A stretch of DNA of 64,000 nt from Clostridia bacterium (GCA_045649025.1 JAZRPB010000025.1:38600-102599); one strand, 5' to 3'; counted from the stretch's first letter, positions 7,725-17,954 are shown. Numbers and translations are program-made. Notes: generated by a model not told the origin, from the letters alone.

Positions 7725-8642
7725 TTATCCCATAAGAGTTGCCATTACGGCTTTTTGTGCGTGCAGACGGTTTTCTGCCTCATCAAATATTACACTGTGA
7801 GGTCCGTCTATAATCTCCGATGTTACCTCAAAGCCACGATATGCAGGCAGACAGTGCATAAATATAGCATCGCTATCTGCGTGTGAGAATAGCTTTTCGT
7901 TAACCTGATAATCACCGAACACCTTAACCTTTTCGGCTTTCTCGCTTTCCTGTCCCATAGATACCCACGTATCGGTATAAACCACATCTGCATTCTTTAT
8001 TGCTTCAACAGGGTCTTGTGTTATAATAAGGCTCTTGCCGCTCTTTTTAAAATCGTCTTTTGCGTTCGCAACAACCTCATCATCGCATTGATACTTGTCG
8101 GGCGTTGCAATTGCACAGTTAAGTCCTGCTTTTGCACAACCATACATTATTGAGTGAGCCATATTATTACCATCACCGATATATGCAAATTTCAAGCCCT
8201 CTAACTTGCCCTTATGCTCATATGTTGTCATAAGGTCTGCAAGCACCTGACAAGGATGCAGAAGGTCTGTTAATGCATTTATAACAGGAATTGATGCCTC
8301 ATCGGCAAGCTCAACAACATCGGAATGAGCATATGTTCTAATCATAATGCCATCGAGATATCTTTCAAGCACCTTTGCTGTGTCGTGTATGGTTTCACCT
8401 CTGCCAAGCTGAATATCATTCGACGATAAAAACAACGGATATCCGCCAAGTTGTGTCATACCAACTTCAAACGAAACTCTTGTTCTTGTTGATGATTTTG
8501 TGAATATCATTCCAAGTGTTTTTCCTTTTAGAATAGGATGCGGAATGTTGTTTTTTTGTTCCTTTTTTAATTTCAAACCAAGCTCAAGCAGGTTTTTTAT
8601 TTCTTCTGATGTTAAATCGTGTAGACTTATTAAATCTTTCAT
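7725..8642 (-). CDS. argF: Ornithine carbamoyltransferase
   Basis: STRTR carbamoyl-phosphate motif (FTKSSTRTRVSFE) and HCLP motif (MHCLPAYRG). Start moved to the MKDLISLHDL ATG at 8642, which has SD GAAAGGAAA. The track start at 8696 overlaps argD. Confidence 0.93.
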   Translation of the reverse strand: MKDLISLHDLTSEEIKNLLELGLKLKKEQKNNIPHPILKGKTLGMIFTKSSTRTRVSFEVGMTQLGGYPLFLSSNDIQLGRGETIHDTAKVLERYLDGIMIRTYAHSDVVELADEASIPVINALTDLLHPCQVLADLMTTYEHKGKLEGLKFAYIGDGNNMAHSIMYGCAKAGLNCAIATPDKYQCDDEVVANAKDDFKKSGKSLIITQDPVEAIKNADVVYTDTWVSMGQESEKAEKVKVFGDYQVNEKLFSHADSDAIFMHCLPAYRGFEVTSEIIDGPHSVIFDEAENRLHAQKAVMATLMG

Positions 8643-8667
8643 TGTATTATTTCCTTTCAAATATGTA

Positions 8668-9870
8668 TTATTTATTTTGCTTAATTGCCGTTGCAAGAGA
8701 GCTTACAAACAGATTTGCATCGTTCTTTGTGATTATAAGCGGCGGTGCAATTCTTATTGTGTTACCTCCACAAAGGCTTGTTAAAAATCCATTTTCAAAC
8801 AAATCGTTAAATACCGCCTTTGCAATGTCTTGCTTTAGCTCCACACCAATTAACAAGCCTGCAACACGCACATCCAAAACAAATTCAGGATAGTTTTGCT
8901 TTAGCTCGTTAAGCTTCTCTTTAAAATGCTCACCAACAGTTTTTGCATTATCTAAAAGCTTTTCTGTTTCCATAATTTCAAACACTGCCAGACCTGCAGC
9001 TGTTGCAAACGGATTGCCGCCAAATGTTGTGCCGTGATCACCTGGTGAAAAAGCTGATGCAATCTCCTCCTTTGCACAAACTGCACCAATAGGAATACCG
9101 TTGCCAAGTGCTTTTGCAGATGTGAATATATCAGGCTCAACACCATACATCTGGTGAGCAAACATATAGCCTGTTCTTCCCATACCTGTTTGCACTTCAT
9201 CAAATATTAACAAAATTTTGTGTCTGTCACAAATTTCACGAAGCTCTTTAACGTATTCAACATCCATTGGATGAACTCCGCTTTCACCTTGTATTAATTC
9301 TATCATAATAGCTGCAGTTTTTGGTGTTATTGCAGCTTTAATTGCATTTATATTATTTGGTTCAACCTGTTTTACACCTGGTAAAAGTGGATAGTACGGT
9401 TTTTGGTACTTTTCCTGTCCCGTTGCAGCCACTGTTGCAAGAGTTCTGCCGTGGAATGATTTATCCAACGTTATAATTTCATACTTTTCAATATTTTTCT
9501 TATGAAAATATATTTTAGCTAATTTCATTGCCCCTTCGTTAGCTTCTGCACCACTGTTTGCAAAAAAGGCTCTGTCGGCACAGCTATTCTCAACAAGCTT
9601 TTTAGCAAGCTTTGCCTGATTTTCTATGTAGTATAAGCTTGATGTATGAATCAGCTTATCAATCTGATTTTTGAGTGCTTCAATAAATTTAGGATGCGAA
9701 TGACCAAGTGCATTCACTGCAATACCGCCAAGAAAATCGTAGTATTCTTTCCCATCGGTAGAATACAGCTTCATACCCTCGCCCTTTTCAAATGCAACAT
9801 TTAATCTGTCGCCAAATGTATTCATATAATATTGTTTATCTAACTGTTTAATTTCATCTAATGCAGCCAA
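8668..9870 (-). CDS. argD: Acetylornithine aminotransferase
   Basis: Class III aminotransferase with motifs GHSHP, DEVQTGMGRTG and the PLP-lysine context TSAKALGNG. The TTG at 9870 has GGAGG 8 nt upstream. The track start at 9885 has no RBS. Confidence 0.9.
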   Translation of the reverse strand: MAALDEIKQLDKQYYMNTFGDRLNVAFEKGEGMKLYSTDGKEYYDFLGGIAVNALGHSHPKFIEALKNQIDKLIHTSSLYYIENQAKLAKKLVENSCADRAFFANSGAEANEGAMKLAKIYFHKKNIEKYEIITLDKSFHGRTLATVAATGQEKYQKPYYPLLPGVKQVEPNNINAIKAAITPKTAAIMIELIQGESGVHPMDVEYVKELREICDRHKILLIFDEVQTGMGRTGYMFAHQMYGVEPDIFTSAKALGNGIPIGAVCAKEEIASAFSPGDHGTTFGGNPFATAAGLAVFEIMETEKLLDNAKTVGEHFKEKLNELKQNYPEFVLDVRVAGLLIGVELKQDIAKAVFNDLFENGFLTSLCGGNTIRIAPPLIITKNDANLFVSSLATAIKQNK

Positions 9871-9908
9871 GTTATTATCCTCCAAAAAACCAATTTTAAC
9901 TTAAATAT

Positions 9909-9937
9909 ATTATAAACCTTTTTGCATAAAAATGCAA
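9909..9937 (-). promoter_or_regulatory. argD promoter overlapped by a candidate ArgR/AhrC operator palindrome
   Basis: The minus strand reads TTGCAT, a 17-nt spacer, then TATAAT. The perfect palindrome TTGCATAAAAATGCAA (9922-9937) has the TGnAT-wwww-ATnCA ARG-box layout and covers the -35 box. Confidence 0.45.
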
Positions 9938-10023
9938 GTCTTTTTCAAAAATAATTTAATATTATTGAAAAAGACTAATATTTTATGAATATTTATAACT
10001 TTTATATGAATATTATTCATTTT

Positions 10024-11454
10024 TTATCTGCTATATATCCAATTCCATTTTCTGTATTTATTGCAGTCGATACTCATAAGCTGTTCCTTTGTAATTCGAT
10101 AGAGCCAATTTCCCTCTGCTTTTCCGGGAGTGTTCAATCTTGTATCCGAGCCATAGCCAAGAAGATCCTGAATAGGAAAAATAACAAGCCCTGCATTGCT
10201 GGCATAGAGTGTTCTTATTATACTGTTGTACCCTTTATTCCAATCGGAATCAGTATAACCGCAATACTCTAAAAGCTCCTGTCTTTTACCATCATCAAGC
10301 TCCCAAACATATCCAAGGAGGGTATTATTATCGTGCGTGCCTGTATATGCAACTGAATTATTTATATAGTGGTGCGGTTTATGTATAGAATCCCCGTCAC
10401 CCAAAAAACCAAACTGTAACACTCGCATACCAGGGAAAGTGCTGTAATTAACCAGCTCAACAACTTCATTTGTGATTTCGCCAAGGTCCTCTGCAATAAT
10501 GAGCTTATCCCCTGCAAGAGCTTTTAAAACATCAATAAAGTCCTTGCCAGGTCCCTTTACCCACTGTCCGTTTTTAGCATTTTTTGAGCCATACGGAATA
10601 CTGTAATATGATTCAAGACCTCTGAAATGGTCAATACGGACACCGTCAAAAAGCTCGAGCATTAAATTCATACGCTCTATCCACCATTTATATCCGTCTT
10701 TTTTCATATACTCCCAATCATAGAGCGGATTACCCCAAAGCTGACCGTCCTCGGAAAAATAATCAGGCGGAACGCCTGCAACACACTTTGGCACATTCTT
10801 TTCGTCTAACTGAAACTGTTTACGATTTGCCCACACGTCACAACTGTCGTATGCAACAAAAATCGGAATATCACCAATGATTTTTACATTTTTTGCATTA
10901 GCATACGTTTTTATTTCCTTCCATTGTGAAAAAAATTCATACTGAATAAACTGCCAGGCAAATAAAACCTCCGCATCAATTTCTTCTGTTTTCCATTGCG
11001 TCCAACACAGGTCTTCATTTGCAGCTTTTAAAGCCATAAATTCGCAAAAGTCTGCAATATTTTTATGTGTAGAAATAAATTGCTCAATTTCACCTCTGTC
11101 TTTTACACGCATAGATGCAGTTTTTAAAAGCTTAAAGCGTGTATGATACAAATGTTCATATTCACAGCTATATGGTGTATTTTGCTTATTCTCCTCTAAT
11201 TCCTGTGTTGTAATTAAGCCTTTGTTTGCTAATATATTTAAATCAACAAAATATGGATTTCCCGCAAATGCAGAATAAGATTTATATGGTGAATTACATT
11301 CATCAACCATTGTAAAGGGCAAAACCTGCCAATATTTAAAGCCGCAATCTGCCAAAAAATCAACAAATTCCTTTGCCTCGCTGCCGAATGAACCCGTCGA
11401 ATAATCACCGTATAGCGACGAGATGTGCATCAAAACCCCGCTTGCTCTTTCCAT
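10024..11454 (-). CDS. malQ: 4-alpha-glucanotransferase (amylomaltase, GH77)
   Basis: 476 aa. N-terminal RASGVLMHISSLYG and DHFRG catalytic-region motifs typical of MalQ. Confidence 0.92.
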   Translation of the reverse strand: MERASGVLMHISSLYGDYSTGSFGSEAKEFVDFLADCGFKYWQVLPFTMVDECNSPYKSYSAFAGNPYFVDLNILANKGLITTQELEENKQNTPYSCEYEHLYHTRFKLLKTASMRVKDRGEIEQFISTHKNIADFCEFMALKAANEDLCWTQWKTEEIDAEVLFAWQFIQYEFFSQWKEIKTYANAKNVKIIGDIPIFVAYDSCDVWANRKQFQLDEKNVPKCVAGVPPDYFSEDGQLWGNPLYDWEYMKKDGYKWWIERMNLMLELFDGVRIDHFRGLESYYSIPYGSKNAKNGQWVKGPGKDFIDVLKALAGDKLIIAEDLGEITNEVVELVNYSTFPGMRVLQFGFLGDGDSIHKPHHYINNSVAYTGTHDNNTLLGYVWELDDGKRQELLEYCGYTDSDWNKGYNSIIRTLYASNAGLVIFPIQDLLGYGSDTRLNTPGKAEGNWLYRITKEQLMSIDCNKYRKWNWIYSR

Positions 11455-11492
11455 TTATTCATCTCCGTATTTTTATTTATAATTAATAACCG

Positions 11493-12563
11493 TTAGTTCT
11501 CTGTTTGTGATAGCTTTGCAGCCTGGTCGGCGGTTATTAAAGCATCTATAAGCTCATCCATATTGCCGTCTAAAATCTGTTCAAGCTTGTATAGAGTAAG
11601 ATTAATTCTATGGTCGGTAACTCTTCCTTGCGGAAAGTTGTACGTTCTTATTCTCTCACTTCTGTCGCCAGAACCAACCTGCATTTTACGCTCGTCTGCA
11701 ATTTCCTTATGGCGTTGTGCCTCCATTGCATCGTAAATTCTTGAACGAAGAATTTTCATAGCCTTGTCTTTATTCTTATGTTGAGATTTTTCATCCTGAC
11801 ACGACACAACAATACCTGTTGGCAAGTGAGTTATACGCACCGCAGAGTCGGTTGTGTTTACGCACTGTCCGCCTGGGCCGCCCGCACGGAACACATCTAT
11901 TCTTAAATCATTTTGATTAATTTCTACTTCAACCTCTTCAACCTCGGGCAATACTGCAACAGTTACGGCTGATGTGTGAATACGTCCGCCGCTTTCTGTT
12001 TCGGGCACGCGCTGTACACGGTGAACACCGCTTTCAAATTTGAATTTTGAGTATGCACCCTGTCCTTCTATTGAGAATGATACCTCCTTATATCCGCCAA
12101 TATCTGTTGCGTTGGAGTTAAGAATATCTATCTTCCAACGCTTTGCTTCGGAATACATTGAATACATCCTCATCAAATCCGCTGCAAACAGGGCAGCCTC
12201 GTCGCCGCCTGTGCCGCCTCGTATTTCAACAATAACGTTCTTTTCATCGTTAGGGTCTTTTGGCAGCAGGAGTACCTTCAGCTCCTCGGATACAACCTTA
12301 ATTCGTTCCTCCGCCTCGTTAAGCTCCTGCTTTATCATTTCTTCAAATTCTTTTTCCTGTCCCATTTCGAGCATTTCTTTATCGTCTGCAATGGTTTTCT
12401 TTGCTTCCTTATACTCTTTATATTTGTTTACAATAGGTGTAAGGTCGGAATGCTCCTTGCAAAACTTTCTCCACGATTCCTGGTCTGCAATAATTTCGGG
12501 GTCGCTTATTTTTTCTGAAACAAAATTAAATCTTTCTTCTAATGCTTCTAACTTATCAAACAT
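11493..12563 (-). CDS. prfA: Peptide chain release factor 1
   Basis: GGQ motif ([19 protein letters not shown]) and RF1-type PxT tripeptide (RVPETES). Start set at MFDKLEALE (ATG 12563), which has SD AAAGAGGAAA. Confidence 0.95.
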   Translation of the reverse strand: MFDKLEALEERFNFVSEKISDPEIIADQESWRKFCKEHSDLTPIVNKYKEYKEAKKTIADDKEMLEMGQEKEFEEMIKQELNEAEERIKVVSEELKVLLLPKDPNDEKNVIVEIRGGTGGDEAALFAADLMRMYSMYSEAKRWKIDILNSNATDIGGYKEVSFSIEGQGAYSKFKFESGVHRVQRVPETESGGRIHTSAVTVAVLPEVEEVEVEINQNDLRIDVFRAGGPGGQCVNTTDSAVRITHLPTGIVVSCQDEKSQHKNKDKAMKILRSRIYDAMEAQRHKEIADERKMQVGSGDRSERIRTYNFPQGRVTDHRINLTLYKLEQILDGNMDELIDALITADQAAKLSQTEN

Positions 12564-12649
12564 TTTATTTCCTCTTTCTACGCACATTTCTACATAGTAT
12601 ATTTTATTATAAATTCACTTTTATGTCAACACTTTTTGTAAGATATTTC

Positions 12650-12678
12650 TTGATTATTATGTGAATTTATGGTATACT
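12650..12678 (+). promoter_or_regulatory. Promoter for the pseudouridine synthase gene
   Basis: TTGATT (12650-12655), 17-nt spacer, TG-n-TATACT (12673-12678). Confidence 0.5.
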
Positions 12679-12694
12679 TAAGGTGGTTTAGGCG

Positions 12695-13399
12695 GTGATA
12701 ATAATGAGATTGGATAAATATCTTGCAAATTGCGGAGTTGGGGCAAGAAGTGAGGTTAAAAAGATAATAAAAAGCGGTGTTGTAGCCATAAACGGCACTG
12801 TTATAAAAAAGAGTGATGAAAATGTAAGCGACACTGATATTGTATCCGTAAATGGTGAGGAAATAAAATATCGTGAATTTGTATATTTGATGTTAAATAA
12901 GCCACAAGGCTATGTGAGTGCAACAGAGGACAGAGAGCATAAAACAGTTCTTGATTTAATTGGCGATGAATATTCACATTTTAACCTCTTTCCTGTTGGC
13001 AGACTTGATATCGACACCGAGGGCTTATTAATTCTCACAAATGACGGTGCATTTGCACACTCTGTTACATCGCCCAAAAAAGAGGTATATAAAACATACT
13101 TTGCAAGACTTGACAAGGATGCCGATATTGATGATGTTGAAAGCTTTAAAAACGGCATGGAGTTTAAAGATTTTACCGCAAAAAGTGCAATATTGGATAT
13201 TACAGATAAAAAAAATGAAGTATATATAAAAATATACGAGGGTAAATTCCATCAGGTTAAGAGAATGTGTGAAAGAGTTGGTAAAACGGTTGTGTATTTA
13301 AAACGTGTTGCAATTGGTAATCTTTTGCTTTACAATAGCCTTGAAGTTGGAGAATACAGAGAGTTAAATGATGATGAATTAAGAATGATATTTGAATAA
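12695..13399 (+). CDS. rsuA: S4-domain rRNA pseudouridine synthase (RsuA/RluB family)
   Basis: N-terminal S4 domain (RLDKYLANCG), catalytic GRLDIDTEGLLILTNDG, and EGKFHQVKRM. The GTG start has AGGTGG 8 nt upstream. Confidence 0.88.
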   Translation: MIIMRLDKYLANCGVGARSEVKKIIKSGVVAINGTVIKKSDENVSDTDIVSVNGEEIKYREFVYLMLNKPQGYVSATEDREHKTVLDLIGDEYSHFNLFPVGRLDIDTEGLLILTNDGAFAHSVTSPKKEVYKTYFARLDKDADIDDVESFKNGMEFKDFTAKSAILDITDKKNEVYIKIYEGKFHQVKRMCERVGKTVVYLKRVAIGNLLLYNSLEVGEYRELNDDELRMIFE

Positions 13400-13406
13400 A
13401 TTTTAA

Positions 13407-13434
13407 GAGGGCACGAAAGACCCTCCCCTACAAT
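13407..13434 (-). repeat. REP-like unit: GTAG followed by a GC-rich hairpin (read on the minus strand)
   Basis: The minus strand reads ATTGTAGGGGAGGGTCTTTCGTGCCCTC, with stem GAGGG/CCCTC. It has the same ATTGTAGGGGA lead-in as 7044-7072. Confidence 0.5.
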
Positions 13435-13468
13435 AAAAGACCAAACGAAATTAATCGTTTGGTCTTTT
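13435..13468. terminator. Bidirectional terminator between rsuA and hisA
   Basis: 14-bp stem AAAAGACCAAACGA / TCGTTTGGTCTTTT with loop AATTAA; the A-run and T-run lie inside the stem arms. Confidence 0.75.
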
Positions 13469-13474
13469 GATTTT

Positions 13475-14188
13475 CTATTTTGCAACTTCTATTGCTTCTT
13501 TTAAATCTACATTACCTGTATAGAGTGCACGTCCAACAATTACGCCATCAACACCTGTATCGGCAAGTGATTTTATATGCTCTATACTACCTATACCGCC
13601 CGATGCTATAATATCGGCATCAACTGCATTTGCCATTTCACGCATTGCCTCAACATTTGGTCCTGCAAGCGTGCCATCGGTGGCAATATCGGTATAAACT
13701 ATTGTTTTAACACCCATATCAACCATCATTTTTGCAAATTCAATTGCAGTAAAGTCACTTGTTTTTTCCCAACCCTCAACTGCAACCATTCCATCCTTTG
13801 CATCTATTCCTATAACAATCTTGTCGCCATATTTTGCAACAGCTTCTTTTATAAATTTGGGATTTGATACTGCCTTTGTGCCAATTATTACTCTTGCTAT
13901 ACCATAGGAAAGCTTTGTTTCAATATCCTCGATTGTGCGTATTCCGCCGCCTGTTTGCACAGGAACAGATACGTTTTCGCAAATTTCCTTTATTTTTTGT
14001 GCATTAACTCCATTACCCTTCAGTGCTCCGTCGAGGTCTACAACGTGTATAAACTCGCCGCCTTGCTCCTCCCATTTCTTTGCCATTTCGGCAGGGTTTT
14101 TGCCATATACTGTAACATCAGAAAATCTGCCTTGCAGAAGTCTTACACAGTTGCCGTCTTTTATATCTATTGCGGGGTATATTCTCAT
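13475..14188 (-). CDS. hisA: ProFAR isomerase (1-(5-phosphoribosyl)-5-[(5-phosphoribosylamino)methylideneamino]imidazole-4-carboxamide isomerase)
   Basis: 237 aa. MRIYPAIDIKDGNCVRL start and a C-terminal GVDGVIVGRALY, typical of the HisA TIM barrel. Confidence 0.9.
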   Translation of the reverse strand: MRIYPAIDIKDGNCVRLLQGRFSDVTVYGKNPAEMAKKWEEQGGEFIHVVDLDGALKGNGVNAQKIKEICENVSVPVQTGGGIRTIEDIETKLSYGIARVIIGTKAVSNPKFIKEAVAKYGDKIVIGIDAKDGMVAVEGWEKTSDFTAIEFAKMMVDMGVKTIVYTDIATDGTLAGPNVEAMREMANAVDADIIASGGIGSIEHIKSLADTGVDGVIVGRALYTGNVDLKEAIEVAK

Positions 14189-14239
14189 TTTATAATTGTT
14201 CCTTTCGTCTTTTAGTATAGCAAATATGAGTTTAATAGA

Positions 14240-14322
14240 AAAATTGTTCAGATTGCCGTTTGAAAAAGCGACGGCGTATGTTGATACGCCGAGTTTTTGA
14301 AAATGGTGAGATGGGCAATTTT
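14240..14322. repeat. MITE-like palindromic element (83 nt) between hisG and hisA
   Basis: Same family as 7134-7219, with TIRs AAAATTG/CAATTTT and a central hairpin GGCGTA-TGTTGA-TACGCC. Its last TT plus the next A form the hisG TAA stop on the minus strand. Confidence 0.65.
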
Positions 14323-14947
14323 ACTTTTTAAACTCGTTAACTATTTTCATTATTCTTTCCTTCTCCATCTTCATAGAAACTCTGTTCACAACCAATCTTG
14401 CACTTAAAGGACATACCTCCTCTAAAACATCAAGTCCGTTTTCACGTAATGTTTTACCCGTTTCAACAATATCCACTATAACGTGTGAAAGTCCAACAAG
14501 AGGTGCCAGCTCAACCGAGCCGTTAAGCTTTATAATTTCAACGGTCATACCCTTTTCTTCACGAAAGAATTTATCGGCTATGCCTGTGTACTTTGATGCA
14601 ACACGCAAATTTGTGATTTTATCGTACTTGCCCTTTAGCTCAACAGGACCGCAAACACACATACTGCACTTTCCAAAGCCAAGGTCTACCATTTCATAAA
14701 GCTTTCTGTTTTCTTCTAATATTGTATCTTTACCTACTATGCCTATATCCGCTGCACCATGCTCAACATATGTGGGCACGTCGGAAGCCTTAACAAGTAT
14801 AAATTTAACCTTGTTTACCTCATCTGTAAATATAAGCTTTCTTGTTTTCTCTTTCATTTGCGAGCAATCCATACCCAGATTTATAAATGTATCCATTGCA
14901 AGCTCGGCAAGTCTGCCCTTTGCCAAGGCAACTGTAAGATATTTCAT
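14321..14947 (-). CDS. hisG: ATP phosphoribosyltransferase, short (HisZ-dependent) form
   Basis: 208 aa short-form length. [13 protein letters not shown] start. Immediately downstream of the hisZ paralog. Confidence 0.92.
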   Translation of the reverse strand: MKYLTVALAKGRLAELAMDTFINLGMDCSQMKEKTRKLIFTDEVNKVKFILVKASDVPTYVEHGAADIGIVGKDTILEENRKLYEMVDLGFGKCSMCVCGPVELKGKYDKITNLRVASKYTGIADKFFREEKGMTVEIIKLNGSVELAPLVGLSHVIVDIVETGKTLRENGLDVLEEVCPLSARLVVNRVSMKMEKERIMKIVNEFKK

Positions 14948-14960
14948 TATTTTTTATCTC

Positions 14961-16190
14961 CTATTCCGATATATTCATTTCACTCTCTGTATTTTCAGTG
15001 ATATTATACATTGTAATTTTATTATTACATATCTTTACAATGTTTTTGTTTATTGACTTTGCATATAAAAGTGCACTATCAAAGCTATTATCCTGAATAT
15101 ATATCTGTGCATTAATATTCTCTGTATTTCTTAAATATTTAGCCACACTGTATGCCTTATCCATCATACCGTCACAGGCAAAAACAACAACACCATTATC
15201 TTCAATAACAATTTCATTTTCTATAACCGAAAGCAGACGGTTTATTCCTATTGCAACGCCAACCGCACCCTTGGGAGCACCAAAGTTTTGCATCATCTTA
15301 TCGTAGCGTCCGCCTGCAAATACAGGGAAACCAATGCCTGCGGTATAGCCTTTAAATATAGAGCCTGTATAGTAATCTATGCTCTGAAGCATACCAAGGT
15401 CGATTGAAATGTATTTATCTAATCCAAAGGCTGACATACAATCATAAATAGCACTTAAGTTTTCCAATGCTTGCTTTGACGTGCTATTAAGTCCATTAAC
15501 CATAGCCTGTGAAATAACCTCACGTCCGCCAAACATATACGGAAGCTCTATCAAAAGCTTTTTAATATCCTCACTTATATCAAGCTTATCTGTGATTTGT
15601 TGTATGCCAACACAATCCTTTGCGTCTATTCTTTCACGCAATACCGACATTTCCTTTTCGCTTAAATTTGCCTGCTCTGCAAGTCCGTTAAAGAAGGCAA
15701 CCTGTCCAACCTCAACATTAAGCTCCTTAACACCTGTTGCTAATGTAGCCTCAATTGCTGCAGCTATAACCTCTGCATCTGCCTTTGGTGAGTATGAGCC
15801 GATAAGCTCTATTCCGCTTTGTGTAAACTCTCGTTGGGATGCGTTATGGTCTCTTTCAAGACGGTATACATTACCGTTATACATATATCTCTGCACAAAG
15901 TTGTTATTTACCTTTGTTGCAGCCATACGTGCTATTGAATTTGTAAAATCAGGACGAAGTGCTAAAAGACTTCCCTTTTCATCGAAAAATCTAAACATTT
16001 TATCTTGTGAAAATGAGCCGTCATCACCAACATAGCAATCGTAATACTCAAATGTTGGTACCTCAACCTCGCTATATCCCCAAGATGACAGCACCTTTTT
16101 TATTGTATTTTGTGTTTTTGTTTTTTTAGCACATTCAGCCGGAAGTATATCATTAACTCCGGTGGGTGTATGTAACTTTAACTGTGACAT
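14961..16190 (-). CDS. hisZ: ATP phosphoribosyltransferase regulatory subunit (HisRS paralog)
   Basis: 409 aa with a class II aaRS-like core (HisRS-like motifs). Adjacent to short-form hisG. Confidence 0.85.
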   Translation of the reverse strand: MSQLKLHTPTGVNDILPAECAKKTKTQNTIKKVLSSWGYSEVEVPTFEYYDCYVGDDGSFSQDKMFRFFDEKGSLLALRPDFTNSIARMAATKVNNNFVQRYMYNGNVYRLERDHNASQREFTQSGIELIGSYSPKADAEVIAAAIEATLATGVKELNVEVGQVAFFNGLAEQANLSEKEMSVLRERIDAKDCVGIQQITDKLDISEDIKKLLIELPYMFGGREVISQAMVNGLNSTSKQALENLSAIYDCMSAFGLDKYISIDLGMLQSIDYYTGSIFKGYTAGIGFPVFAGGRYDKMMQNFGAPKGAVGVAIGINRLLSVIENEIVIEDNGVVVFACDGMMDKAYSVAKYLRNTENINAQIYIQDNSFDSALLYAKSINKNIVKICNNKITMYNITENTESEMNISE

Positions 16191-16211
16191 ATTTTTACAT
16201 ACCTTTCTTAA

Positions 16212-16748
16212 TTATTTTGATATAATTTCCTTTGTTTTTAATATTGCAATTGCAGTTTTGCAATCGTAAATTTCATTATTCATAACCATATTATATAATT
16301 CATTAATATGATATTTTTTAACATTTAAAAATTCACCGTCATCTAAATTCTGACCAACCCATTTTAAGTTTCTTGCAAGGTATATATGAAGCTTCTCTTC
16401 ACAATATCCGGGCGTTGCATAATACGCACCAAGATATTCAAAATCACTTGCCTCATAGCCTGTTTCTTCTATTAATTCACGTTTACCACATTCAAGAGGT
16501 TCTTCACCCGCTTCAAGCTTACCTGCCGGAATTTCGAGCATTTCACACTTTGCCGCAATACGATATTGCGACACCATAAATACCTCGTTATTTTCAGTTA
16601 GTGCAATAACTCCAACACCGCCATTATGTGCTATAAGTTCACGTGTTGCCTCTGCACCGTCGGGAAGAATAACGTTGTCTACTCTAACTTTAAAAACCTT
16701 ACCATCAAAAACAGGTCTTGATGATATTACCTTCTCTTCAAAATTCAT
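16212..16748 (-). CDS. Nudix hydrolase, ADP-ribose pyrophosphatase-like
   Basis: 178 aa. Nudix box GKLEAGEEPLECGKRELIEETG. Confidence 0.85.
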   Translation of the reverse strand: MNFEEKVISSRPVFDGKVFKVRVDNVILPDGAEATRELIAHNGGVGVIALTENNEVFMVSQYRIAAKCEMLEIPAGKLEAGEEPLECGKRELIEETGYEASDFEYLGAYYATPGYCEEKLHIYLARNLKWVGQNLDDGEFLNVKKYHINELYNMVMNNEIYDCKTAIAILKTKEIISK

Positions 16749-16766
16749 TCTAAATCTCCTATAAAA

Positions 16767-17909
16767 TTAAAATACAAACTTTTCTATTGCCGGACTAACA
16801 TTTAACATCTTCTTTAAATTATCATAATCTGATTTTGAATGTAAATCTCTTTTGCCTGTGTATGTTGCACGTATCATAATATTTTTTGGAGTTTCAAGCG
16901 GTGAAATGTATTCAATCATAGAAACATTATAGCCAACACTTTCAAGATACGATGCTCTTATTGCATCTGTTAACGTATCGGCAAGACGTGCCTTTAAAAT
17001 ACCGTGCTTTGTTACTGCACGTAGGGGTGCATATGAATACTGTTTTAAAATATCCTTATGGCAACACGGCACACACACAATCGCCTTTGCCTTTGAACGA
17101 ATACCCAACCCCATTGCCATATCTGTTGCAACATCGCACGCATGCAGCGATATAACAAGGTCAATTTTTCTTTGCGGCATATATTCTCTTAAATCTGCCT
17201 TTATAAATTCCATATTGGAATAGCCAAGATTTTGGGCTATTTTCTTTGATGCATTAATTACAGTATCGCTATAATCAACACCAATAAAGTAGCATTTTTT
17301 CTTTAATATTTCACGCATATAGAAATTGAGCACAAAGGAAAGATAACTTTTTCCGCAGGCGGCATCCATAACCACTATTTCGTCTTTATTCTCAAACTCT
17401 TTGATTATAGGTTGCACTAATTCCACAAAATAGTCTATTTGATTATACTTTCGGATTTTATCATTTTTAATTTTACCGTTTTTTGCAAGTATACCAATTT
17501 CCGACAGTAAATCCTTTGCAAGAGCAGGATTAACCATATACTCTCTTGTACTTTGAACAACGCTTGTTTTATCAACCGTATCGGTTATATCCTCGTGCTT
17601 CATAGCAACACGCTTATCGGTTGCTTCAATAACAATTTGTGCACCTCGTTCACGATATTCTACACGTGCCTCGTCGTACACACTGCTTTCTTCCCTTACA
17701 AACGACAAAATATCATCTGTGCTGACCTCACGGTTTACGGCCTGAAAATTAAGCATTAACGTATCTTCATAAAAGATATGTGCCTTAAAGTTTTTTGTGC
17801 CTGATTTGTATATAATATTTATATCCTTAAAAAAATCTTTATTTTCATCCATTCGTGAGAGTAACCCCGAAAGGAACATTTCTAATTTTGATACTGTTTT
17901 TTTATTCAT
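16767..17909 (-). CDS. Class I SAM-dependent methyltransferase with an N-terminal extension
   Basis: 380 aa. Motif I-like VVMDAACGKSYLS, then a Rossmann-like pattern. Substrate unknown. Confidence 0.7.
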   Translation of the reverse strand: MNKKTVSKLEMFLSGLLSRMDENKDFFKDINIIYKSGTKNFKAHIFYEDTLMLNFQAVNREVSTDDILSFVREESSVYDEARVEYRERGAQIVIEATDKRVAMKHEDITDTVDKTSVVQSTREYMVNPALAKDLLSEIGILAKNGKIKNDKIRKYNQIDYFVELVQPIIKEFENKDEIVVMDAACGKSYLSFVLNFYMREILKKKCYFIGVDYSDTVINASKKIAQNLGYSNMEFIKADLREYMPQRKIDLVISLHACDVATDMAMGLGIRSKAKAIVCVPCCHKDILKQYSYAPLRAVTKHGILKARLADTLTDAIRASYLESVGYNVSMIEYISPLETPKNIMIRATYTGKRDLHSKSDYDNLKKMLNVSPAIEKFVF

Positions 17910-17954
17910 AGTTAAAATTCACCTTTGGTATGTATGGCAGTTATATGGTTATTT

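Noticed and set aside
8643-8696. Long N-terminal extensions suggested by the track for argF (8696), prfA (12587), thiI (63546), argD (9885) and the glycosidase (43848).
   Set aside because: Internal starts have proper SD spacing and match the usual N-termini of these families. The extended starts overlap upstream genes or lack an RBS.
14189-14323. The hisG stop and the hisA start are in the same frame with no further stop in the 44 intervening codons. A similar 59-codon open frame follows the GNAT stop (7041-7217). Both raise the idea of stop-codon read-through or a fused protein.
   Set aside because: The open frames run through copies of the same repeat element, but the copies are read in different frames (the partial copy at 7075-7114 is shifted by one). 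The peptides are not conserved, and hisA has its own SD (GAAAGGAA). This is most likely chance plus repeat composition.
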